Of a stretch of DNA of 64,000 nt, positions 38,923 to 48,672 are shown piece by piece. How positions within the stretch are numbered: position 1 is the stretch's first letter; every line of letters begins with the position of its first letter. Source of the stretch: an uncultured Candidatus Saccharibacteria bacterium (GTDB taxonomy: Bacteria > Patescibacteriota > Minisyncoccia > Phycocordibacterales > SBAW01); the NCBI GenBank assembly GCA_964424235.1, contig CAYRHY010000001.1:2830-66829 (forward strand), read 5' to 3'. The notes under the pieces are model-generated. The model had not been told where the DNA came from. It did not search any database and saw only the letters and a program-made list of their open reading frames with translations. The position numbers were made by a program, and so were the translations under genes.

Positions 38923-40691
38923 GGGTTTAATTGTATGCGCAGAGTTTGCTGCCCTGATAGCGAAATATTGTTGATAGTCTGGGTAAGATACCCGGGCATT
39001 TGGATAACCACCTGATATCCCCCACCTTGGGTGAGACCAGCAAACATCGCTTGCCCGGGGGTATAACAGCCAGACATATAGTTAATGGTCACATTACTAA
39101 TAACGGGCGTGGTGCTGGTGCTGCTACTTTGGAGAAACGCTTTATATCGGACATATCGCTTATACGCGAGCGTGCTACTGATGGTTGTACCCGGTACGGT
39201 GTAGTATGTTGCACTCGTACCGTCAGGCCCAACGAAGTCCCACGTAGCGTTATCGTTATTAGCAGCAAGCTGGAATTGCACAGAAGTAGAAGCGCTTTGT
39301 GATTGTGGATTCCAGGCAAGCGTTGAAAAGGTAGTAGATGCGGTACCGGTATCATAGGTCGAGGAGACAAGTGTACCAGAGTTTGTGTACGCTCCACTAA
39401 CGATCTTCAGGCGCAAACCGGTGGGCAGCGTGGTCGTATCAACGCCACCATCGTCGCTGGAGTATTTATTGGTAACAGACATATCTTCTTGCCCCTCACC
39501 TCCTGACCAATTTTCTTGGTACAAAATACTTCCCGCGGTGAGCCTACTAGCACTATAACCCAGTGTTGTGTTCACTAACTGCACTGTAGCGCCTTCGATA
39601 GAGTTACCGGTCGCCGCATCGGTTACCACCACCAAAAGACTGTTTGTTGTTGCAGGTCCAAGCATTAACATAGTCTGCTGTGACGTATTAGGGAGTAAAT
39701 TAATTTGTTGCAGCGGCGAGGACCCGTAGAGCATGTAACTACCTTTGGGTATTGGGGTGTACGTATCCCACTCAATGGGATTGAGAATCGCTAACCCTGA
39801 AACGTTGGTTGTAACTGTTTGATCAAATTTCAATACATTGGGCGTTCCTATCAGTTTCGCACCCTTTAGTTGAATATCTACTCCACTTACAGGCTGGCAT
39901 GATTGGCTCACCGCCTTAAGAGTGAGTGCGCTTACTTGGTCGATAGAAAAACTGACGGACGTACTCTGCCCAGTCACGACCGTAGCGTCAGGTTTGGTTG
40001 GATTCGCATTTTGAGCAGTGCTCGGGTAGCTTTGATCAGTCGAGTAACCACTTTGTGTCGCAACAACATGGTAACTACTCGCGCTACTCTTTACGCCAAC
40101 TTCGGTCCACTTCCCTTGCGCATCGGTGGTACGAAACACATCGAGCGCAGGGGCAATGGCGCTATTAGTGATATGCAGTGTGGCGCCTGGCACCGGCTGG
40201 CCAACGGCGTTGATGACGCTTAGCACCAGGGCACCTCCTGTCGCCATATTTTCAAGACCCTTTGGTACCACCGTGGTTACAAAAGAAGACTGATGGTTGG
40301 TGGTCAGATTTTTTATATACAACTTTACCTGTTTGTAGTCGGTATCTACAGCGCTTGTACCGTCGGCCGGATCATCAATATACGCAACAGAAAAATAAAT
40401 TTGATACGTGTAATTATTGTACGGGATAACAAGCGGGTTCGCCTGGTCTGGTAGCGGCCCCGACGGATTACCGGTTTTAGTACCCACCTGGGCATATGGC
40501 AAATTACGCGCAATCTCAATATATGACTGTGAGAGTGCTGCGACTGCGGCGGTATCACGATACGTGCGCAGCCCCCGCACCGCTGCGGTACCTAACTCGT
40601 AGAGCGCAAAAAAAAGGAGGGCAAAAATTGCCACGGCAATGAGTGTTTCGACCAGAGTAAATCCTCGCATCGTTATTCGACGCCTGTACAT
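38919..40691 (-). CDS. Large prepilin-type protein (PilV-like minor pilin, 590 aa)
   Basis: N-terminus MRGFTLVETLIAVAIFALLFFAL (GFTLVE prepilin motif) followed by a long Thr/Ser-rich beta-rich region. Confidence 0.6.
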   Translation of the reverse strand: MYRRRITMRGFTLVETLIAVAIFALLFFALYELGTAAVRGLRTYRDTAAVAALSQSYIEIARNLPYAQVGTKTGNPSGPLPDQANPLVIPYNNYTYQIYFSVAYIDDPADGTSAVDTDYKQVKLYIKNLTTNHQSSFVTTVVPKGLENMATGGALVLSVINAVGQPVPGATLHITNSAIAPALDVFRTTDAQGKWTEVGVKSSASSYHVVATQSGYSTDQSYPSTAQNANPTKPDATVVTGQSTSVSFSIDQVSALTLKAVSQSCQPVSGVDIQLKGAKLIGTPNVLKFDQTVTTNVSGLAILNPIEWDTYTPIPKGSYMLYGSSPLQQINLLPNTSQQTMLMLGPATTNSLLVVVTDAATGNSIEGATVQLVNTTLGYSASRLTAGSILYQENWSGGEGQEDMSVTNKYSSDDGGVDTTTLPTGLRLKIVSGAYTNSGTLVSSTYDTGTASTTFSTLAWNPQSQSASTSVQFQLAANNDNATWDFVGPDGTSATYYTVPGTTISSTLAYKRYVRYKAFLQSSSTSTTPVISNVTINYMSGCYTPGQAMFAGLTQGGGYQVVIQMPGYLTQTINNISLSGQQTLRIQLNP

Positions 40692-40710
40692 AAAAAAATG
40701 ATAGCACGCG

Positions 40711-42354
40711 CTATGCAGTTGGTTGTACCAACAGCGGAATATCTACATAAAACTGCGTACCCTTCCCCACCCCTTCAGATGCGGCGGTGATGGTGCCGTG
40801 GTGTGCCTCTATAAATGTTTTTACAATAAAGAGTCCGAGCCCTGAGCCATTGTTGTTCACCTCCGCAGCATTATCACCACGACTAAACTTACTAAACATA
40901 TGCTTGAGCGTATCCTCACTCATACCAATACCCGTATCACGTATTTCAACGTGTGCCATAGCAGTACCCGGCATTTTGCGTAAGAGCACCGCGATGGATC
41001 CTTGGGGCGTGTACTTGGTCGCATTATCAATAATGTTTCCAAAAATCTGCTTGAGTTTGCCACTGTCTCCCCACACCATGACCTTTTCTTGTGGCACAGA
41101 AATCTCAAGCTTTAGACCTTTCATCTCTACACCAGGACGCAGCTCTGTCCCCACATCATTTAGTAGCACCGTAAGGTCTACTGGTCCAAACTGATACTGC
41201 ATTCTCCCCTGCTCGATACGCGACACATTAAGATAATCGTTGATCATGACCGCCATACCCGAGCTTTCATCAATGAGCGTTTTCATGGCGCTCTTAAGAT
41301 TATCAGGAAGCGGCCCATACGTGCCATCCATAATCGAGTCGATGCTCCAGCGAATAGCGGTAAGTGGTGTGCGCAGCTGATGAGATGCAAAGGAGAGGAA
41401 TTCGCTCTTTTCTTTATCTACTTCACGTAAGCGTGCGTTTGATAACTCAAGCTCATGTTCTTGCTTTTCAATAAGCTCTCGCTGCTTCACTTCCCTATTT
41501 ACGCTACGCACCAGGAAGTACCCAAAAACGAGCATAAAGATCAGAATTAACCCATCCAAGAGTGCGTAATTTATATCTGGCTCTGCAAACAATTTTCCAA
41601 AAAGAACAATATCTATTGTCGCCACTAGAGACTGTGTGAGGAGAATTTTAATGTCGAAGAGATGATACTGTGTGATGGCATACGCTGTCATACCCAAAAA
41701 AACAAGTACATAGAGAGGGGTGAATGGCAAAAACGCTGTTGTGTGGAAAAAAAGTAGTGGAACAAAAATCGTAAGAATAATGAGGGCAAGTAAAAGAAAT
41801 ATCCCGAAAAGCATCGTCCCTAGCTGATGTTTTACCTCATTTTCCGAGCGGAAATATGATCGTCCAAGAAAATAAATAGCTAGAATTGCAAAAATAGTGG
41901 AGAGGATAGCAAACGGTATTATTCCTGGTCCCGCCACGGGTTCACTGACAGAATTTACCCTGTGAACTGCAACAAATGCATACGGTGATACGTTGAGCGC
42001 CATAGAGAAAATAGTGAGACACGCACACACAAGAAAGCTCTTCTTGGGCAAGGTTATCGTGGGAGATGGCATTACATACCCAAGTAAAAAAAGGAAAAAG
42101 CTCATCGGTGCCGCTAAAAAGATACCCAAACGATGCAGTATAAGGGATACGTTATACAATTCTGGGATTCGTACCAAAAAAGTATCGAGCATCCAAAAAG
42201 CTGTAAAAAAAGTGAGAGCAACAAAAATTCTATTAGTAACGCTTTGAGGATTGTTCCTGTACACCAAAAAACCTATCGTCACTGAGCCCACCAACGCCAA
42301 CACAATTGCAACAAGTGAGAGTGGCGAATTGTAAGGGAGCGTGAAATGAATCAT
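40711..42354 (-). CDS. Sensor histidine kinase with N-terminal 7-8 TM sensor domain
   Basis: H-box FLSFASHQLRTPLTAI, N/G1/G2 boxes (IIDNATKYTP, DTGIGM, GSGLGL). Confidence 0.8.
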   Translation of the reverse strand: MIHFTLPYNSPLSLVAIVLALVGSVTIGFLVYRNNPQSVTNRIFVALTFFTAFWMLDTFLVRIPELYNVSLILHRLGIFLAAPMSFFLFLLGYVMPSPTITLPKKSFLVCACLTIFSMALNVSPYAFVAVHRVNSVSEPVAGPGIIPFAILSTIFAILAIYFLGRSYFRSENEVKHQLGTMLFGIFLLLALIILTIFVPLLFFHTTAFLPFTPLYVLVFLGMTAYAITQYHLFDIKILLTQSLVATIDIVLFGKLFAEPDINYALLDGLILIFMLVFGYFLVRSVNREVKQRELIEKQEHELELSNARLREVDKEKSEFLSFASHQLRTPLTAIRWSIDSIMDGTYGPLPDNLKSAMKTLIDESSGMAVMINDYLNVSRIEQGRMQYQFGPVDLTVLLNDVGTELRPGVEMKGLKLEISVPQEKVMVWGDSGKLKQIFGNIIDNATKYTPQGSIAVLLRKMPGTAMAHVEIRDTGIGMSEDTLKHMFSKFSRGDNAAEVNNNGSGLGLFIVKTFIEAHHGTITAASEGVGKGTQFYVDIPLLVQPTA

Positions 42355-42360
42355 ATATTC

Positions 42361-43416
42361 TTATGCTTGAAAATATGGCTGTTTCTTAAAAGAATGCGCT
42401 GTTGGTGGCTCTCCATAGCCAACACGAAACAACATGGCAATGGTCTGTTCTGGAGACACAGTACAAACTTTTTCAATACTTTTTTGTGCGAGCATTATTT
42501 GTTCAAGATGTTTCTGGGAAAAAACCGACCCTTCACCATCTCGAATTCGTTGAGCAAGATATGGGATTGCCACCATTGGCTGCAAGGACAAACCCATACG
42601 TGTCGCAGTAAGCCAAATGTGCTCAAAGACTCGCCCGGCGTTAAAAAAGAACTCGTTATCTTGCTTCGGAATTACTATTACCCCAATTGCACTGCAAGAT
42701 GCATACAAATTTTGCGTTTGCGCAGCTATTATTCGAGGTAAACCTAACAAAGAAAGTGTTCGAGCAATTGGCCACACAGGTAGCACATACTTAAACATCC
42801 CTTCAACAGGCATGGGTAATTCCATCGTTTTTACATATAATCCCGAACGTTTTTCTTCTTCCTCTTTAGTCCATCGAATAAGTCCAAAAAAGAAATCGTG
42901 TAATTCTTTATTTTGGATAAGGAGCTTTTCGTTGAGACTAACTGCGTGAGCGATCTTAGTAATTTCTTCTCGATTTTCTACCCATATTGTATGTATGCCA
43001 TATGTGTTTTCAGCTGCTTTTTTTAATGCATCTTTATGTTCCAGAGCCAGTGAGTTCTTAGCATATGGTTTCCGATTGGTCGTACGCGCTGGAATAGCAG
43101 TAGCCAGAAGCATCTCTTGGGGAAAATGCTGCGAAAATGAGAGTTCTGCAACAGACTTCTTCCCCTCAGGAAAAGGTTTTACACTCACACTGTACCCCTC
43201 GTTCGAGGCATACAGCACAATATTTTCAACAAGAGCGCCGTGTGCCACATATGAGCCTCGTTGTTTGTAATTGTATAAAGTCGCATCTGCACCATCTTGA
43301 TTAAAAATTTCTACTCCATTCGCAGTGTGCCGAAATTCCCACGGCTGTGCATTATCGCCGGAAGGCGCATTCATCGCAATCGCTATTATTTTTTCAAACG
43401 CTTCCCTTAGGACCAT
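42361..43416 (-). CDS. Tandem nitroreductase-fold (SagB/McbC-type dehydrogenase-like) protein
   Basis: 351 aa; N-terminal SGDNAQPWEF motif of the nitroreductase superfamily; second half repeats the fold (GRVFEHIWLTATRMGLSLQPM). Confidence 0.6.
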   Translation of the reverse strand: MVLREAFEKIIAIAMNAPSGDNAQPWEFRHTANGVEIFNQDGADATLYNYKQRGSYVAHGALVENIVLYASNEGYSVSVKPFPEGKKSVAELSFSQHFPQEMLLATAIPARTTNRKPYAKNSLALEHKDALKKAAENTYGIHTIWVENREEITKIAHAVSLNEKLLIQNKELHDFFFGLIRWTKEEEEKRSGLYVKTMELPMPVEGMFKYVLPVWPIARTLSLLGLPRIIAAQTQNLYASCSAIGVIVIPKQDNEFFFNAGRVFEHIWLTATRMGLSLQPMVAIPYLAQRIRDGEGSVFSQKHLEQIMLAQKSIEKVCTVSPEQTIAMLFRVGYGEPPTAHSFKKQPYFQA

Positions 43417-43444
43417 GCCTATATTATACTCTGACTATTCATCA

Positions 43445-44854
43445 ATGAATCATTCCTCTCGAGCCGAGTCGGAAGCAGTCAAATTTTTTAAAGAGACTTC
43501 ATTACGTGTTCCGGCATATAAAGATTTTTTACGTAAAGCAAAAGTCAATCCTGACAAAATTGAGACTTTTGAGGATTTCAAAAAAATACCACCAACAAAC
43601 AAACCTGACTACATAAGCGCTTATTCTCTTAAAGATTTGAGTTGGGATGGGACACTGTGTGACGCGCGGTACATCTCTTCAAGTTCAGGATCAACAGGTA
43701 TACCCTTCTATTGGCCGCGAGGGAACCAACAAAACGAGACGGTGGGTAAAATTTTTAAAAAATTATTCGAAGAATCTTTCGATACAAAAATTGGTTCTAC
43801 ACTTTTTGTTAATCTTTTCGCGCTCGGCACCTGGATCGCCGGGCTTGAATTTTATAATGGTGTCAAATATGTAGCGGACAAGGGAAGTTCGATTACCATA
43901 ATCACTCCTGGTATAGAAAAAACTGTTGCTTTGGATAGTATAAAACGTCTTGCTCCTCTCTTTGACCGCATAGTGCTTGCGGGATATCCACCATTTGTGA
44001 AAGATGTTTTAGATTCTGGAATTGCTGAAGGTATCGATTGGAACAAACACAATACATATTTATTGACTGCAGGCGAATCTTTTAGTGAGCTGTGGAGAGA
44101 ACACATCCTAGAAAAACTCGGTGGATCAAATGGACGGCATAGGGTCATTAATTTATACGGTATGGCTGAAACGGGAGTAATGGGTCATGAAACCCCAGTC
44201 TCCATCAGTATACGAAAAAATATTGCCGTATTACCGGAGCTGTCTGCTCTTCACATACCAGAGTCAGGAGGAATTGCTTTATATAATTATGATCCATTGG
44301 TCCGTTTTCTCGAGACAGAAGAAGATAATTCTCTTCTTCTCACTTCACGCGCTGGTTTACCTCTTATTCGATACAATACTCGCGATCAAGGAGGGTTGTT
44401 GTCTAAAGAAAATGTTCGGGAACTTTCAAAACGACTGCCCCAAATCCAATCCGTAATCACTTCCTGGCCCACCCCTATCGTCTACTTATACGGGAGAAAA
44501 GATTTATCACTTTCTTTTTATGCGTTGAATGTATACGTAGAGAATATAAAGTATTGTTTTGAAACATACCCTAATATAAAAAAACTCTCAGGTTTGTTTA
44601 TTATGCGGATTGAATCCTCGAAAAATTATGATCAAGAGTTCCACATCGTAGTAGAGTTGGCTCGCGGAGTAGCCAACCACAACGACGCAAAAATGGTTGA
44701 GCATGTGGTCAAAACACTGCCTCAAGTTAATAGTGAATACTCAAAATTATTAAGCTCTATTGCACATAGAGCTCATCCAAAAATTCGTTTTGTTCAATAT
44801 GGGACAATAGAAACAATTCCCGGCAAAAAACACCGTTGGGTTAAGCGAGTGTGA
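43445..44854 (+). CDS. PaaK/CapK/F390-synthetase-family adenylate-forming enzyme
   Basis: ORF from 43325 but likely start MNHSS (43445); SSSGSTGIPFYW (AMP-binding core-like), YGMAETGVMG. Confidence 0.55.
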   Translation: MNHSSRAESEAVKFFKETSLRVPAYKDFLRKAKVNPDKIETFEDFKKIPPTNKPDYISAYSLKDLSWDGTLCDARYISSSSGSTGIPFYWPRGNQQNETVGKIFKKLFEESFDTKIGSTLFVNLFALGTWIAGLEFYNGVKYVADKGSSITIITPGIEKTVALDSIKRLAPLFDRIVLAGYPPFVKDVLDSGIAEGIDWNKHNTYLLTAGESFSELWREHILEKLGGSNGRHRVINLYGMAETGVMGHETPVSISIRKNIAVLPELSALHIPESGGIALYNYDPLVRFLETEEDNSLLLTSRAGLPLIRYNTRDQGGLLSKENVRELSKRLPQIQSVITSWPTPIVYLYGRKDLSLSFYALNVYVENIKYCFETYPNIKKLSGLFIMRIESSKNYDQEFHIVVELARGVANHNDAKMVEHVVKTLPQVNSEYSKLLSSIAHRAHPKIRFVQYGTIETIPGKKHRWVKRV

Positions 44855-45905
44855 CTTTTTTAGGTTTCTTGGGGTTGTTTTGGGCTCGCGTTTTTATAAA
44901 AGAATAATCACATCCCATTACATATCTCCCCGAGGGCAAGCTTTGTTTGGTTGTGATGCTTCGCACAGCAAAAGCAACCGCGACACCAGCCAAAGATGCT
45001 GCTGTGCCGAGTTGCGCCACCCCCGCAAGAGTCTTACCTATCTCTTGCACTGAATCCCATTGTCGTTTCGTAAAAAGTTTAGGGTCTATGATCTGATTTG
45101 CTAAAGCAACAAAGCGTTCGCGAGTGAGGTGCCCCGAATTGGAGGGTACTTTTTTAATACGGCCATGGAAAATGGGTTGTCTTTTGTCTAGATCAAACCG
45201 CTCAACATCAAGTATGACACTATCTCCATTATCAGTAGCCATAACAACAGGGATGCCCGCTTTTTTACAAGCGTATCGTACAGCGAATTTCATTTGTATG
45301 TTGTCCATTTCATCTACAAACACGTCGAGGTTTCGTACGAAATGAGCTATTGATGTAGTATCGATACCTTTCTCCCATGACTCTATTTTCAAAAATGGAT
45401 CTATTTCCCATGCGGCGCGTGCGACAATATCCACCTTGTTTAAACCAACATCAAGAACAGTGCCTCGAATACGATTAAGGTTTGTGATTTCTAAAATATC
45501 CGGATCTGCAATTCGTACACTTTGTGGTCCACCCGTAGATACTAACGTCAGCAGCGCTGCAGATCCCACAGAAAGACCGGCTATACCTACCCTACTAGAT
45601 CTATAGGCTACTTGCTCGTTTGGGAAGATAAGATTTCTATTTCGAGCTGTCCGCAAACGGAAATATATTGATTCTTCTGGAATACACACTGCTGTGTTGC
45701 GCCATGGATAATAGACCCATACCCCAGTATTTTTGTGTATGTAATCCTGTACGTATTTTTTTAAAGCTATATGGTCGTGGCGTCCTTTTGCTATGTACGG
45801 ATGCTCAATAAAATATAATTCTGTAAAAGCACTCTGGCGCGTATCGAGTTTTTTACAAGTACGAGGTAGTTTTGAAGGGTTTGTATAAAAAACTGGTTTT
45901 TGCAC
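44841..45905 (-). CDS. E1-like ThiF/MoeB/MccB-family protein with ~100-aa N-terminal extension
   Basis: 354 aa; Rossmann GxGxxG RVGIAGLSVGSAALLTLVSTGG; N-terminal domain preceding it resembles the peptide-binding clamp of MccB/PaaA-type enzymes (architecture-based). Confidence 0.65.
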   Translation of the reverse strand: MQKPVFYTNPSKLPRTCKKLDTRQSAFTELYFIEHPYIAKGRHDHIALKKYVQDYIHKNTGVWVYYPWRNTAVCIPEESIYFRLRTARNRNLIFPNEQVAYRSSRVGIAGLSVGSAALLTLVSTGGPQSVRIADPDILEITNLNRIRGTVLDVGLNKVDIVARAAWEIDPFLKIESWEKGIDTTSIAHFVRNLDVFVDEMDNIQMKFAVRYACKKAGIPVVMATDNGDSVILDVERFDLDKRQPIFHGRIKKVPSNSGHLTRERFVALANQIIDPKLFTKRQWDSVQEIGKTLAGVAQLGTAASLAGVAVAFAVRSITTKQSLPSGRYVMGCDYSFIKTRAQNNPKKPKKVTLA

Positions 45906-45916
45906 GTTCGTAATTT

Positions 45917-46309
45917 TTATGCTGTTTTTTCGAGTGCTTCGCGAATCTTATCAACCACAATAACGGGCGTGGTATCTGCTTTTACTAAATAAAATACTGG
46001 TTCGTATACCTCGATAGCTTTAATTATTTGATCACTATCGGGAGTCAAATTGGTGAGCATAATCACTGGCACATTCGCGCCATAGGGAATATTTTTTCGC
46101 AGCTGCTGGAGCATCGCGAGTCCATCGGTGCCAGGCATCATGATGTCGAGGATCACTACCGCAGGGTGTTTGCGCAGCGCTAACTCAAGCCCTTCGGCAC
46201 CATCCCCTGCTTCAACTGTTTGATATCCTTCATCGCGTATTTTTTGCGAAAGCATAGAACGTAGCGCCTTTTCGTCTTCGACTATAAGAATTGTGTGTGC
46301 CTCAGGCAT
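45917..46309 (-). CDS. Stand-alone response regulator receiver (CheY-like)
   Basis: ILIVEDEKALRSMLSQKIRDEGY...VVILDIMMPGTDGL...NVPVIMLT. Confidence 0.8.
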   Translation of the reverse strand: MPEAHTILIVEDEKALRSMLSQKIRDEGYQTVEAGDGAEGLELALRKHPAVVILDIMMPGTDGLAMLQQLRKNIPYGANVPVIMLTNLTPDSDQIIKAIEVYEPVFYLVKADTTPVIVVDKIREALEKTA

Positions 46310-46337
46310 ATCGAAAAGTATAGCATAGTCCCGCTTG

Positions 46338-46409
46338 TGCCCCCGCGAGGAATCGAACCTCGATAGCCGGCTTAGAAGTCCGGAGTTCTATCCATTAAAC
46401 TACAGGGGC
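46338..46409 (-). tRNA. tRNA-Arg (anticodon UCU)
   Basis: GCCCCTGTAGTTTAATGGATAGAACTCCGGACTTCTAAGCCGGCTATCGAGGTTCGATTCCTCGCGGGGGCA; anticodon loop CTTCTAA; no CCA. Confidence 0.8.
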
Positions 46410-46443
46410 TCGTGCTCGTGTACAATACCATTGAGCCCTACTA

Positions 46444-46968
46444 ATGACTAGGCTATTGAAGCAAAAATATTGGCACGAACTATTTGAAGCCGGCATAGCG
46501 CTAAAGGCTTTTAATAGTGTGTGGGAAACAGCGGGCGGTTTGCTCCTGCTCACTGGGCTACACTCCTGGCTATCGCGTGGTTTTGTCTTTATCACGAGCT
46601 CAGTTTTCTTCGCGGATAGGCATGAGTTTCTTTTTCATATCCTCGACATGCAGCTGCGACATCTCAATGTAGTTTCGACGCGCACCTTTGTCGGAGCATA
46701 TCTCCTATTTCATGGCATCATGAATGCTTTTTTGGCATACAACCTCTACCGCAACCGTCTGTGGGCCTACCCTACTATGATAGGATTCTCATCTATCTTT
46801 CTTATCTATCAACTGTATCGACTCTTGCATACACACTCGCTGGTACTGCTTACTATCAGCGTCTTCGACATTCTCTTTATCGTACTAACGTGGCACGAGT
46901 GGCGCTTCCAAGAGCGCAAACATCAGCGTGCTCTTGAGCCAAGAGGGGCTGAGGATTCGAATAAGTAG
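46444..46968 (+). CDS. DUF2127-like membrane protein
   Basis: 174 aa; four TM helices, conserved-looking N-terminal YWHELFEAGIALKAFNSVWE. Confidence 0.45.
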   Translation: MTRLLKQKYWHELFEAGIALKAFNSVWETAGGLLLLTGLHSWLSRGFVFITSSVFFADRHEFLFHILDMQLRHLNVVSTRTFVGAYLLFHGIMNAFLAYNLYRNRLWAYPTMIGFSSIFLIYQLYRLLHTHSLVLLTISVFDILFIVLTWHEWRFQERKHQRALEPRGAEDSNK

Positions 46969-47273
46969 AGCGGTTCAACGCCCGCCCCATCGGAGGTGGA
47001 GTCACCACCGGTCGCTAGTATCATCGCCTGGCTTTCTAGCCCCATGAGTTTTCTGGGCTCTAAGTTGGTGACAAATGCGCAGCGCTTCCCCACTAATTGG
47101 GTGAGGTCGGGGAAATATTTAACAATACCAGAGACAACTTGGCGCTCTTCGGACCCAAAATCAACTACGAGACGCAGCAACTTTTCTGACCCCTCCACTG
47201 GCTCAGCAGACTTAATTTCGCCAACGCGAATTTCTGTCTTCTTAAAATCATCTATTGAAATGTATTCACTCAT
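46923..47273 (-). CDS. tRNA-binding domain protein (CsaA/Trbp111-like, MetRS C-terminal-like OB fold)
   Basis: FKKTEIRVGEIKSAEPVEGSEKLLRLVVDFGSEERQVVSGI. Confidence 0.7.
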   Translation of the reverse strand: MSEYISIDDFKKTEIRVGEIKSAEPVEGSEKLLRLVVDFGSEERQVVSGIVKYFPDLTQLVGKRCAFVTNLEPRKLMGLESQAMILATGGDSTSDGAGVEPLYLFESSAPLGSRAR

Positions 47274-47282
47274 GGCCGTATC

Positions 47283-47735
47283 CTACCCGTTTTTGCGCCT
47301 GCGGTCGAGGTAGCTCTGGAGAATAAGCGCCGCCGCTGAGGCGTCATGATTCCCCTCAGCTACTTTAGCAGTACTCAGTTCGCGCTGAGTTGGACGCCTT
47401 TGGGTACCCCGCGTTTGCCGAAGAGCCTGCGCACTCGTAAAAAACTCAGGCTCAAACTCAATAACAATCCCGGCGTTTTGCAACTTCTCTGTAAAACTTT
47501 CGATGTTGCGCATGATAGGATTCGGCTTTCCCGATAAATCGTGTGACTCGCCTATCACCGCAATCTTCACCTCATTCTCTTTAATAATATCGAGCACTTC
47601 TGTAAGCGCCGCTTCTTCTTGCATGGCAGATGCGCCATTTTCAACCGTCCCCAGCGGAAAGGCCATGACCGCGCCCTCGTCCGAGACGGCGACTCCTATG
47701 CGCTTTTTGCCATAATCAATACCGAGATATTTCAC
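47283..47735 (-). CDS. ruvX: Holliday junction resolvase-like protein YqgF/RuvX
   Basis: MKYLGIDYGKKRIGVAVSDEGAVMAFPLGTV. Confidence 0.85.
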   Translation of the reverse strand: MKYLGIDYGKKRIGVAVSDEGAVMAFPLGTVENGASAMQEEAALTEVLDIIKENEVKIAVIGESHDLSGKPNPIMRNIESFTEKLQNAGIVIEFEPEFFTSAQALRQTRGTQRRPTQRELSTAKVAEGNHDASAAALILQSYLDRRRKNG

Positions 47736-47781
47736 TCGCCGATTGTACGCGGTTTTCCATAAAATCTCTACCTATAAAATA

Positions 47782-47805
47782 GCGGCCGCTCTTTCGAGCG
47801 GCCGC
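47782..47805 (-). terminator. Terminator hairpin GCGGCCGCTC-TTTC-GAGCGGCCGC (copy 1)
   Basis: Perfect 10-bp GC-rich stem, followed on the minus strand by GCUAUUUUAUAGG; shares a 20-nt core with the hairpin at 48673-48692. Confidence 0.5.
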
Positions 47806-47819
47806 AGTGAACGTTTAAT

Positions 47820-48545
47820 CTACTCGGGCAAAATAAGTTGATACCCACCTCCCTCAATTTTACTTTCTGGTATATGAATTATTTTGGTCCGTGGGTGAAT
47901 CCAGTTCACTAAATTGCCACGGAGCCTGTATATCGAGGTGGTCAAAGTTCGTTCGACTGTTTCAGGGTGTTTGTCTGGCCAGACCACCTTTTTAAGAGTT
48001 GCGGCGGATACACCATCGCAACCTTCTAGTAGTGCAGCGAGTAGCATGAGCGGCTTCTGCTCAATACCTCCAGGGCACTCTCTACCATCAAAAGTTACTC
48101 CGGTCGTAAGCCACTCGAACTGAATAGGCCCAACGACCCACGGCTCGCCAGGGCAAACTTTCGTAGAAATAGTCAACACTTCTTGAAACTCACCAGCGTG
48201 GACAAGTTCTATAAAATAAGCATTAGATCTAAATTCTATAGTTGCTTTCAAATGTCTACTAAGGTCACCGCGAAATCTATGTAAGCAAGTCTGGCAAGCC
48301 CGTTTAGCCTTCTCGCACCGCGAAGCAGGCCACAGCATATCGTGTATACGTTCAAACGGCAATCCTTCATGTTTGTGCAGCAGAAGCAGTCTAAACAAAG
48401 TTGACTCGGTTGATGAAAACGGTGCTACCCTGTCGTTGATTCGAACCTGGTTAAGCTTCTTATATATACGGAACCTACCAACGGGTATACACCAGACACC
48501 ATCAGCTACAGGCAATGACATACCTATCCCAACCATTTGGTCCAT
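47820..48545 (-). CDS. Transcriptional regulator with two OmpR/PhoB-type winged-helix (trans_reg_C-like) domains and no receiver domain
   Basis: 241 aa; STESTLFRLLLLHKHEGLPFERIHDMLWP and MLLAALLEGCDGVSAATLKKVVWPDKHPETVERTLTTSIYRLRGNL both resemble OmpR C-terminal wHTH. Confidence 0.5.
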   Translation of the reverse strand: MDQMVGIGMSLPVADGVWCIPVGRFRIYKKLNQVRINDRVAPFSSTESTLFRLLLLHKHEGLPFERIHDMLWPASRCEKAKRACQTCLHRFRGDLSRHLKATIEFRSNAYFIELVHAGEFQEVLTISTKVCPGEPWVVGPIQFEWLTTGVTFDGRECPGGIEQKPLMLLAALLEGCDGVSAATLKKVVWPDKHPETVERTLTTSIYRLRGNLVNWIHPRTKIIHIPESKIEGGGYQLILPE

Positions 48546-48672
48546 TCTTTTTCCCCTGAACTATGCTCGCGAGACCTCGCAGCGAGGCCGCATCCACCAA
48601 AACCATACTATGGAAAATATAAAAATCAAGTCTTCGAGTAAGAGTGCCGTAAACTCCTTATTTATAAAAACT

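Noticed and set aside
41390-41400. CUGAUGA match on the plus strand inside the histidine kinase gene
   Set aside because: Isolated 7-mer without flanking helix II/GAAA/helix III; chance occurrence within a CDS.
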